Source of the DNA: Octopus vulgaris
Lineage: Eukaryota
Assembly (NCBI GenBank): GCA_951406725.2
Contig: OX597816.1
Coordinates: 150,350,001-150,414,000, forward strand
DNA: 64,000 nucleotides
Direction: 5' to 3'
The translations under genes were made by a program, and so were the position numbers. Position 1 is the stretch's first letter. Each line of letters starts with the position of its first letter. The notes under the pieces were generated by a model. That model saw only the letters and a list, made by a program, of their open reading frames with translations. It had not been told where the DNA came from and ran no database searches. Below are positions 52,309 to 64,000 of this stretch, piece by piece.

Positions 52309-52438
52309 ATAATAATAATGAAATTATTGTATACAGTGCTCAGGTGCACCACAACTTGTCAAAAGTGCATATAAAGTATATGCAGTAATGTACAAATGTC
52401 TGGAAAGTGAACAATGTATGAGTCAGATACATACTTGC
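52309..52438 (-). mobile_element. CR1-like LINE 3' tail
   Basis: AATAATAATGAAATTATTGTATACAGTGCTCAGGTGCACCACAAC, same family as 24321-24562. Confidence 0.7.
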
Positions 52439-55429
52439 CTAAGCCCTAAAACATTGATGTAGACTTAGTGAAAATTATAGTTTTTAATCCTAGCCTGCAT
52501 TAACCACAAAAACACATTCATACATGCTAATTAGGTAGCAATCACTCAATCTATAAAAAATAACTGTCAAATCTTTTAAAAATTACCCACTATCATCCTT
52601 AAAGATGAAAGAACACTTTGGACAATACTGTTTTAGATATATGATGTGATGGTTACATATGGATCACTTGTGCTTAACCAGTTTATATTTATTTGTATTT
52701 TCCAAGTATAAATATAGAACAAATTCCTACAAATAAAATTATTTCAACTACAAATTGTCTACACTGGGCAGAGATTCGTTGTGTTAGTTACCACATCATA
52801 CAACAAAAATACCAGGTAAACTATTAAGAAGCCTTTATGTGGTTGCATAACTTCAAGGAATAGCAGCCAAATTTCTCTCAAATGACACTAAAAAAGAGAT
52901 GAGACAGTCACAGCTAGAACATGTTTGATCAAACATCTACAAAGAGTTAACCTGAGACTAAACAACAGTACCAGGAACTGCTGATTTCCCATCCTAAGAC
53001 ATACTTTTGCAAAAACAGCCATGAAATTAAATACAAAATTGAACAGATAAAAAGCAAAAAAAGAGAGAGAGCAATAAAAGTTGTTACAGTTTGAATTTTC
53101 CAAGGACAGTGAAGTTGTGTGTGTGTGCGCGTGCATGTACTTTATTGAAAATGAATTCTTGTAACTCTAGTTTCATGCCATCACAATTTTCAAGTAAGAA
53201 CTGTTTATATTTGAAGATTTGCAGCAGCATGAAACATCAGTTATGAGATACAAATTCAGTTTCAGTAAGCAAATTTTCTACATGTATTCAACACTCCTCA
53301 TTCATTCAACAGAATTCAATGTGTATTTATGTATGTGTGTGTATATATATATATATATATAATCATTTTACATTCTCTTTCCTCACTGACTTGGATTGGA
53401 CAGACCATCACAATCTAAAGTCAGTCCTTTTTTAGAGGTACTGCTTTCTCTAATGGGTTACAAAACACCATCTTATGTCTCATTTTTTGGCTTAGTTTTT
53501 GTAGCTGGATGCCCTTTCTAACATTAACCATTTTACATTGTTTACTAGGTGCATTTTACTTTGATACCAGTATTTGAGAGATCACTGTGTCCTTAACAAT
53601 ATTAAAGAAAAGATCCTCTCAATCTCACTCTCAACAAAGTGCACTGGGTGCATTTTATCATGGTTGTAACACCAGAGAGGCTGTTATAGCACCAACAGTA
53701 GAGGGGTTGCCTCTCACCATTCTCATTTTCTCAAGGCCAAGTGGCTAAGATTAACAATAGAATTGTAGTTGAAGGGATGAGGGAGCGTGATGGATAGTAA
53801 TAGGGGTGAATATATGGTAAGAGCAAATGATATATATCAATTGTATGTGGCCTCAAGGGTAGCTTTAGTACATACATGTGTGCATACATGCAAATTTTAG
53901 TGGTCAACTGCTTAATTTTAAAAATTATCAATTAATTTAGAATATTCAGAAAATTATCATAATTAACAATGACAAATCTATTTCTTATGCCAACATACAT
54001 TTACTTAAGTCTGCCATTTCACATTTTGCATCATTCTGAATGTATTTTTTTCTTAATCTGAAGTAGAATTGTCAACTTTCTTTGGGTTCCGAGGGATATT
54101 TTTTTTTACTTCTCTTTAGCAATTAAGCAGCTAGAGCTTACATAAATCAATTAACAGATTTTGTTTACTTTTCCACAACTGGTTTATGTATTTTATTTGC
54201 CCTTTTACATCCTAACCCAGTAATCTCAGGTCTTAATAATTCTTGAATTTGATTTCTTTTTTAATTCTATATGTTTTTTTTTAATCTTTTTCTTTAACTT
54301 ATATTTGATTCCACTAACCCAACTCTACCCATGGGACCTATATGTATTCATTCACCTTCCTAGAATTAGCTAACAAATCTCTTTGAAATCATATTCTACT
54401 ATTATAAAAAGGGATACCCCAGATAATGTAATCTAAATCACTGTGTGAAAAAAAATGGAATGGTATCTACTGAGATGTTTTTGATCATAGGTTTGCTCAA
54501 TCAAGACTAACTTAGGGGTCAACAACTAACTGTAACTGATAGTCTTGATAAATTTTGGTGTCCAGTTAATGTCATCACCATCCATCATCATCATTACTAT
54601 CACCACTATTACCAATTTTATCATCATCATTTTGAGAAGGTATTCTTTCAAAATATTTGATATCATTTTAATTTATATACCATGTTTTTGGAGAAATGTT
54701 AATTCTTATGTGCTACTCTTTTACCATACATAGTCATACATTCCTTTGACTGAAATACTTAGTATTTTTTATCTTTTTATTTATTTTTTATTATTTAAAA
54801 AAAAATTTTTTCATTGTGATGCTGTCTTTTGTCTGAACATCAGATATCACTCACTGAAAACAGACAGCATATAATAATAAAGTCTACTGGCAAAATTCTC
54901 CATCTGCTAATTCATAAAAAATTAATTAATGATTCTTTATTATCAAAATTGGTTTTGAATTGACTTCCTCCTTTCTTTCACTAGTAAATGAGATTATAAG
55001 GAAGGAAATTTAGAAAAGCACTAAGTTTCTTGTTTTTTGTTTGTTTTTCTTTGTTCAATGTAAATATATGAAAGATACATTTTTTTCACCACTTTCTTCT
55101 GTTGTAAAGTTGTCCTAAAAATTCTATTATGATTAAAATCTGATTAGTAAATGGAATAATAGAATATCACTTATATACTTTGACTCATAAGAAACTTTAA
55201 TTAAATTATGACTTTAAAATTCACTCAAACTATTGAGCAACTTTCAGTGATGTAACAATTTAAACCATTCATGAAATTTTTCTAGTTTATCTAAGTATTT
55301 GACTAGATGAATAAGGAATTTTTTAATTCCCTCACAAGCTTTTTGTTTATTTTTTTATTTGCTGATCTGGTGGAAGAGATAGTGCCATTGGCCTTTTCAA
55401 GTCTTCTGAGATAGATGGCCGGTGATGTT

Positions 55430-56560
55430 AATGTTCTGCTTTAACTGTCAACATCTGCAGGAAAAACATAAGCAGAAAAAGAATTTCTGTGGGTTGACAG
55501 TCTTGCAAGGAAGGACTGGGTGTTGTAATTAGTGGGGCTGGTGTGGGTTGAACATAACATTAATGATGAGAGGAGAAGAGATGAGTGAGTCAGGAGTACC
55601 TGAATGGAAGTGACAAAAGACCAGCCTACACCAAGTAGCAAATGCCATTGTAATAGCCAAAGGGAAGCCACAGAAAAAGCAGGAAAAATATTATGATATG
55701 TCTATGAACCAGAAGCTGCAGTATATCTGCAAGTGATTTTATGCCAATCAATCAAGTGTTTGCTCTTTTGATGTGTTCTAAGAAATATGTGTGCTGCAGC
55801 AGTATCATTCTAAGTGTGGGAGCAATATCTACTGTGGATCTTACCTAAGCTTTGAAGAGAGTTGGTAATTGTTGTAGCTGAAGAATTTTCTTGTCCTAAA
55901 AAGAAGGTTTAGTCTCTAGTTATGTTAATGATGTGCATTCACCTTAAAAAATCCTCAGTGATGTAGCATTCAGTGTAATCATAAGGGCTCTCATTGCATG
56001 TTGCTCCTGGTTAAACAGGGTAAAGAGCAATGTTTTCTTGACCTGAGCAGTTTTTATTTTTGCTGTTGAAAGTGACAACATTGGCATGACCCCATTCAGG
56101 GATACTTCCAAAGTCTGTTTTTATGGAATTGGTAGAAATTCTGTGTGAGATGTCATGGTTGCATGTGGATGACACTTGGGTGGAAAAGGTGAGATGTAAT
56201 GGCAAGTAAGAGTTTAGGGGACAAAACCATAGACTGAGGCACACCAGAGTTGATAGTTAGAGGGTGCAATGATAGTGTAGTGTACTTTGACAGTAAGTTA
56301 CCAATGAACAAAAGGAGACAAATGGAGCCCATAGACAGGTGATTTGGAGACCAAATATGATGATAATGTAATTTCTAGGCAAACTGAAGTGAATTGCCAT
56401 TATTTACCACTGTATGTTTGCTTGGCCAGTGGAAGGTTATCACAAAGGGAACAAAATAAACACTGTTACCAGTTAGCAGTGGAAAACATTGAGATCCTTG
56501 CTGTAGCAAACAATAAGAGTGAAATTAAATGATATGGATGAAAAAAAACAGAAAAAATTA
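55430..56560 (-). mobile_element. Heavily decayed LINE ORF2 remnant
   Basis: C-terminal-like QSFLARLSTHRNSFSAYVFPAD, similar to 8845-9050; left and right boundaries uncertain. Confidence 0.4.
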
Positions 56561-57756
56561 AGGTATTAATGACACAGAACTTTAAATCAGTAAGTGTCAG
56601 CATATCAGCTACTCATATTCAAGAACAGATCATTGTGTGGCGAGCGAAGTTGGTTGGGTGAGTTTTCAACTGGTATACTAAAAAAAGTCTCTTGTCAATT
56701 GTGTACTTGTATGGTCTGCTAATTCTGCTGTCCATCTGTCCAGCCATCCAGCAGTCTGTTGATGAGATTGATCTTTTCATAGTAACAGTAACAACCAGTC
56801 AGACCAAACCAATCAGCTCAGATCAAATCAGATCAGAACCATTCAATTTTAAATTTAATCTCAGTCAGAATCTAAAAATAGGTGAGAGGAGATTTGGTGC
56901 GAAAATACAAAGCTGCTTTTCTTGTACAAATTAAAATGTTTGTGAAATAGAGTATATGAGTGAAACAGGGTTAAAGCTTGATGGAGATTGCTTCAGATAG
57001 TTGACATGGCTGATAAATAATGTGAATAATGAATTAAAATCTCCTGAAGGGTTATGGTGGGTAGAAGGCAAAAATAGAGTAATAGTTGTCTTGAAGACTG
57101 TGCTGGATATATGTTAAAGAAATATAATTAGATACATGTGGCAAATAAAGAAGAGGAAAGGAAAAAGCAGTTGGCAATAAATTAGTTAGCAGAACTTCCC
57201 TTGATTGTATCCTCATTATTATCAACTTTATAATCATGATCATTACCATTGTTGCTGTTCATATTTAGATTCACATGTCTTATGATGATATTGATGACGT
57301 GACAATCTTCACGATAATCATCATATGGTCCGTATTAATATCATCATTTTATCATTGTCCTCCTCATCATTATTTCTTTTGTTCTTTTTTTATTTTACAA
57401 TGATGCTAATGTTGATCTTCATCACTTTCAAAAGTTCCACTTACACATCCTAACCATTACAAGAAACAATATCTGCACTGATGAAATAAATATATTTTTA
57501 AGGAAAGAAAATTTACCTAGTTACCCTAACTGATGTATTATTATTATTATAACTGCTATGACCTTTTGGAGATAGAAAGAGTGGGAGGGAGACTTCTTAC
57601 ATTATATATGTCAAAATATTGTTTTTCTTTTTATCAGTTCACAATTTTATATCCACTTTTGCCCATGTGTTTACATGGACTGCACTGCTAAATTGATTTA
57701 GATGTTACTTTTCCTACTTTTCCAGGAAGAGTTGCAGTAGTTTGTTATTAGCATTG

Positions 57757-57817
57757 TTGCAATGCTAAAGACTTATATACCATATACTTGCAATGCTAAA
57801 GACTTATATACCATATC
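57757..57817. repeat. 31-bp tandem duplication
   Basis: TTGCAATGCTAAAGACTTATATACCATA twice; similar small duplications at 2683-2715 and 38429-38470. Confidence 0.9.
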
Positions 57818-58479
57818 CCTGGTATATAAACTATAATTACCGCTAAGCTTTAAAACCTATTTTTTACCTTTTGCCTGAAGATGAAGACACTGAAATTAAA
57901 GTATCATTTTCTTGATCAAACCAACCGAGTTGGAACAGTTGTTTGCATTAAATTTAGAGCAGCTGAAATTACCTTTTAAAGTTTAAGTATTGCAGATCAC
58001 ATCAGGAACATCTTTTACTTGTGGGTATTTGATCTGTTTATTATATATATTTAGCTTTGGTAACAAAACTAAACTCTTGTAGATACCCCATAACTAAATC
58101 TGTATGAGTTTTATGCATAGAAAATACTTGTAAAAACCTGAATGTTTTTCTGTCAGAATCTGTCTAGAGGTAAATTGGTTCATGCAGGTGTCATTTCTGA
58201 TTCTCTGAGAACATTTCACAGCTTGTAATAATACCCCCAGTGTATCAAAAATGCTGGTAGAAAAATCACTGCTTTGGAATATTAAACCAGTGAAAAAACA
58301 AACATCTAATTAATCTACTAATAAAATGTGAAACAAATTTCCTTTTATATATTTTATACAGTCTGTTAGAAATTTTTTTTCTCAGAGACTATGGCATCTA
58401 CAAGGATACCTGGGTAACAACCAAAGTTATGTGGTTGCCTTTTGTTGGGTATGTTTCTCTAAAGCTTGCTTCTTTGACT

Positions 58480-59050
58480 TAGTTGCAGATCTGAGTCAAA
58501 GATTAGTCAGATTTAATGCCTGGCATCTAGAATGCTACCAGGAGCTTGTAGTTCTCTATCAGTTGTACAGTGCAGCTGCTAAAACTTCCACATTAGCATT
58601 CTATTGAGGATCTATCACAGAGAAGAGTAATGATATTCTCGGGAAAAACTTCAAGCATCAAGGAAAACATAGTGGCAGATTTATTCTAGAATGATTTCAG
58701 CTTAAGGGTTATGGATAATTTCAAAAAGATCTGTGTTGACAATGCTACCAGATGGTGGGGCATTCCTCTTTCAACACGAAGTGCAGATGCAAGGAAGTGC
58801 TTCAGTGGAGTCTGTTTGATATGTGTGCAGAGCAACGAAACCATTCTGCACATACCCATCTAAAGTACATCCAATCATTGCTGGTTTGAGGTGCTGTGTC
58901 AAACAACTGTTGTTACATGTAAGGCAGATCTGACTATTAACCAAATCCATCATGGAGTTACCTCATTGTATTTCTTTGGCTGGAAAGAGCAGGCAATTTT
59001 TTTGTGCAGTGGCTATGGCAAAAGTGGTTGCATGGTAGATGCATCTGATT
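58480..59050 (+). mobile_element. Decayed Tx1/L1-like LINE C-terminal remnant
   Basis: CLICVQSNETILH near 58815-58850 resembles the CxxC...ETxxH zinc-knuckle motif. Confidence 0.4.
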
Positions 59051-59140
59051 AAGCTCTTATCAACATCAGTTAATTGTTTAAAAGGTAGAGTGTGAACACA
59101 CATTGTGTGCATATCCATGTATAACTGTTTACACACATAT

Positions 59141-59186
<46 letters not shown>

Positions 59187-62100
59187 TTACTAAGGATTTA
59201 CATTGGGTCTGCTTTTTATTTTGGACACCAGTAATGTTGTACCATCTAAGCTTCACTAGTACCCAATTCATCAGATTGTATTTGTAGTTATAAGTAAATT
59301 TCTCTGTCATGTCTACAACCTGGAAAATATGTTATTTCTTTCTTTTCTACTCCTGTTTGTAATATTTCTAAAAATCTGGGGATTTTTCTTCCTTTCTCCT
59401 TTTTATTATAACAATTTCTTTTACTTCTATAATCTCTAGCAATATATTTCAATTCTCAGAGAAAAAACATTTAGGGAAGAAAGATATGTTTAACTCCTTA
59501 TATTTTTTTTATTATTCTTGTCTCTTTGTTTTCCTTCTCTGAACCCTTTCATTTTTTTTCCACTGTTCATAAAGCTTATCACCACATTGTACTGCTTTGG
59601 TGAACAATTTAAATATAAAGGTGAACTAAATTGGTTCTTAAGCAGCAGGTAAATCAGCTTCTTAATTCAAAAACCAGCATCTTCTGATGTTGGCATTGAA
59701 TGCTATTCAAATTGGTTACTTTTCTATTTTTTCTGTTCTTATATATATATTTACCATCATCAGTATGGCAGAATGTGAGTGTATTTGTACTCAACATTTA
59801 ACTAAGATATCTGTTATCTATAGTCTGCTGAATGAATAGCCATAAAACTCAACAACAGTCATACAACAAGAACAAAATAACAATGAAGAGGGAGCAGTGG
59901 CAGTGTGATATTTGCATTAAATGATTATCTACTGGCATTTTACTCCAATTAAATATTGTCAACTAGTCCCTTTTAAGATCTACATAATTATGTAGGCTGC
60001 TGTTTGTGTAACGTAGGAGAGAGTGTTTATTTATAAATCTGGTTTTCTCCTCTTTTAAGTGAAAATGCTTCTATAAATACACATCTCTCTTTCTTTAGCA
60101 TATCTATTCTAGCAAGTGCTAATATTAATTACATTCAGCATTTTAATATCTCTCCAAAATTTTTCATACAAAAAAAAGAATAATAAATGAATAAAAATAA
60201 GTTATAACATTTCTTTTATTTATTTTCTGTTTTGCCAGTGTGAATAGAAAATAAAATGTTTATGTAAGTGATGTGTTGTTTAAGACTTATCTGTGATGAT
60301 GTATTATTTCCCCCGTCTACTGTCAGGATTACAGCCAAAGGTTCAGTGGCTCATATCCCATTCCATTGCTGCACTTAAAGACACTTAACTCTCAAATGGC
60401 CTAATCCACCTAGCTGAAAATAGACATTTGTAAGCTTACTATTGCAGAAATAAGAATACTGTGTAATTGATTAATGTTTCTTTAGCTTGCAGTACTTAAT
60501 TCAATATGTAAATCCTTATGTGAATAACTATCACCATAGCATAACTTGGTCATATTTATCCACATATCCACATGGTTGAGTTACTTGACGCACAGCATAA
60601 AAATGAAGCTTTCAATGGTGCTGCAATATCCCATGAATTTATGGAGCAGAGCATCATTTAATTGCTCTTATGTACTGAAATATTAATTTCTATGTTTGAA
60701 TGATATTCAAATCACAATACATAGTTGTTTTTATTGTTTGCCCGTATCTTTGGGGAATGAAAATAAAGTTAAAAGAAGAAAAAGTTGTAAATTTGGATTG
60801 GTAAAAATGTCACAGTAAAGATATCACATTTCATTAAAATATCATAATAGTTTAATATAATTAAACAACTATTATTTTCAGTTGCTTAGTAACTGAAAAT
60901 ACATACATAGCTTGTACACAACAGCACAGTTTATAATGGCATTTTACACATATGAAAAAATTTCATTCAGTATCTTGAAATTATTATTTATTCATTGATG
61001 TATTTTTAAAAATAATTTTGAAAACACTCATTAAAAAGTTTGCCTCAAAAGCACATGGTTTCAGATTCAAACCCACTTGGGTAAATGCATTTTACAATAC
61101 CCTGTTGTTGACTAATGCTTTCTACGTGAATTTGGTTGATGGAAATTGTGCAAAAGAATAAAAGAATAATTTAACTCATTCACCACTAAAAACCAAAACT
61201 TTTCAAGCTGATAAAAACGTTTTTGTAATATCACTGGATCTTTTCAGCTTGGCAACCAGATCTTCTTACAAACTCCCTAATGGGGACTGTATATTTTAAG
61301 CACTAGCATTTCTTTTAGATGATGAAGTCCAGTCCAAATCAATATACTGGATATTAAATGTCTTAAATCCAATTCCTAGCTTTTGATTTGCTACTTTTGT
61401 ACTATAGATCCATTCAAGCTTTGTTAACTGGATTTACTCAGCAACAACCAAACCAATATCTTTATAGAAATTAGTTATATTGCATTAGAATTTTTTTTTC
61501 TTAATTCAAGTTTTTCCTTATGGAGAGAGAAGTAGATGATTCTTCAAAAATGTTTAGTATGAAATAAAATTAAAACATTCCATGATCCTGAATAGGTTGT
61601 TAGGTGATCAATGTAGACTTCATTTTAACAAACTGATTAGAGATAAGTGTCCTTGTAAACAGGATGACAGTCTAATACAATTAGTTGTCCCCAGGAGATC
61701 CGATACCTATTCTTGAAGCTAAGTGAATTGAATATCATGCACAACTATTCAATAAACAAACTGGCTCTCCATTATCTTATTATCCATTTGACTATATTAC
61801 TTCTATGAACAGATAAATAAAAATTGTGAGATGGGTAAGTGTTTTGAAGATAGACTGTTAAAGACAGACAAATATATGGATATTTTGAAGAAAGATGGCT
61901 GGTTAATGTAAAGAGAAACTATCTAATAAGGAATAGGTTAAAGGTGGTATGATTTATATAAGTATTTTTTTTTTTCATGTTATTCCTATTGCTGAGATTC
62001 TGAGATTCATAGAATATTAGTTCAATCTTTCTCTATTTCATAATGTTCAATGGTGTTCAATATTATCATTCATGTAAATACTGGTTAGCTGATTGAATCA

Positions 62101-63911
62101 GTAATAACATAATGCTCTGGTATATTATAACAAGATGATAAAGGTTTTGCAAAATGTTTCAGGCCTCCTCCATACTTATGTGTTTACAAAAATTACCTTT
62201 TTGTGAAAGATAATTTTTGTAAATATTTATTAAAGAAAAATAGTAGAATTCAAGCAAATTAATGATGTCTAGGTCAGCAAATTGTAAGTACAAAATGGAA
62301 TAAATTATTTTACCTTGAAAAGAAAGCTAATATTCCAAACAGGATTCTTTGTGTAGGAGTTAAAATATCATTTACTTATATATGAGCCAATTAGAATGTT
62401 GGCTTCAAAAAAGGAAAAAAATAATCATAGGTCTAGATGGATTGATGTTGATTTTTATGGCTAGGTAGACTTCAACAATAGCAGTTAAAAAATACAATGA
62501 GATCTTTACAGTGAGTCCAAAACCCATAATCCATGTAAAAGTGAATTTGATTCTTTTATGTTTGGCCTTTCACTTAAATGGTCTAGACTTTATCCATAAA
62601 ATGTTTCCAAATGAGTGAGTAAAGAGGAAACTAAGATATGAATGGATAATTCAATAATTTTCAGACATTACAAAAGAAAATCTTCGTTTATAAATGAAAT
62701 ATGATCTGTTAATAGAATTGTATGATTTAGTATAATTAGAGATTCATTTCCAATCTTGGCACAATGCCTCAGATTTGTAGGGAAGAGTGAAGATGATTGA
62801 ATCAACCACAGTATATTACAAGAACTTATTTTATTGGCCCAAGAGTGGCTAGATCAACACTGATAGGAATCAAACTCAAAATTTAAAGAAACATACCCAA
62901 ATAAATAAGGCATTTAGTGCAGTGTTCTATTATTACTACTTTTCTTAACATAATTAAATATTTATTATTGTTAAGTATATGCAGTTGTATACTCTAATAT
63001 GTACACATACACAAATACATTAGCTATTGGTACTTTGATATTGCACACATATCAGAATTATAAATGGTTGTAGCAAAGCATGTTGTATATTAGGGCAAAA
63101 ATCAATTATGCATAAACCAAAATCTCTCACCATATTCATTATTTGATTGTCTCTTATGTTACTAGCTTCTGCAGATTCTCCCTGCACCAAACCTAAGTTA
63201 AACCGATAATGGAATATTGCGATCATTGAGGAAGTAATTTCAATCTCCAGTAGATAATGTTTTACTCTATAAATAAAAAAGCAAGATTTCTCTGCTTCAT
63301 AGAAATAACCATCAGTCTGTGTGTGTTTATTTTCTTAATAATTAATTAGATTAATTCAGTGAATCAAAAGAGGAGATTGATTCTCACATACAAAGCATGT
63401 GCATATATCTTTGTATTTGTTTGTGCTCCAACATAATGTCAACAGGTACAAAAACAGGCATGTATTAATTATTAGAATATTATATAGAACATTTGAAAGT
63501 GCAATGCCTTAAGAATACTTAGTTCTTGTGATTAAGCACTGGGTTCAATTTTTCTAAGAGTATAATTGACAAACCAAACCAGTATATTACTGGTACTTAT
63601 TTTGTCAACTGTGAATAGGTGAAATGCTCAAGTCAGTTTCAGCAAGCTGAAACTAGAAGGACTGAAACTACAATGCTTTGAAATTTCTAAATAGTTCTAT
63701 TTTCCTATACTAACATATACAATTTTGTACATTTATTTAGTAATTGTTTAATCACAGCTTTGTTGATGAGGTGAAACATATCTGTAGTTGTCTCTTGTAC
63801 TTGACATAAAAATGAAAAATTAATCATTGTATACTTTCAAATTTCTTCATTGCATATCAATTTTTCTATTTAGATTTTTAATGTTTCATGCATTAAATAT
63901 GTTAAGAGTCA

Positions 63912-64000
63912 TAGGTGTAGGAGTAGCCGTGTGGTAAGCAGCTTGCTTACGAACCACATGGTTCTGGGTTCAGTCCCACTGCATGGCACCTTGTGCAAGT
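63912..64000 (+). mobile_element. SINE family A head, cut by window end
   Basis: AGGTGTAGGAGTAGCCGTGTGGTAAG..GGGTTCAGTCCCACTGCATGGCACCTTG. Confidence 0.88.

Noticed and set aside
60292-60417. C/D box snoRNA (GTGATGA...CTGA)
   Set aside because: Weak terminal stem and no recognisable rRNA guide

Overview
AT-rich, repeat-dense animal genomic DNA. It is probably from a coleoid cephalopod (Octopus-like); this is my inference from the SINE/RTE repertoire, not a database match. No complete host gene is visible. The window is dominated by RTE-clade LINE copies (one 2.3-kb 5'-truncated copy with a near-intact RT), tRNA-derived SINEs, decayed CR1-like and Tx1-like LINE ends, a non-autonomous Helitron, a piggyBac-type MITE, foldback MITEs and microsatellites. 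A CpG-retaining stretch at ~1.0-2.45 kb holds a candidate minus-strand start exon. Non-repeat DNA beyond it looks CpG-poor by eye, consistent with a methylated long intron. The most notable signal is a set of minimal type I hammerhead-ribozyme motifs in Penelope-like contexts. One lies downstream of a tRNA-like Pol III head in a ~1-kb head-to-head palindrome (26.0-27.1 kb), suggesting a ribozyme-bearing SINE/retrozyme-like family. A decayed Penelope-type GIY-YIG fragment lies at ~49 kb. All coordinates were read by eye, so the ends of decayed repeats are approximate.
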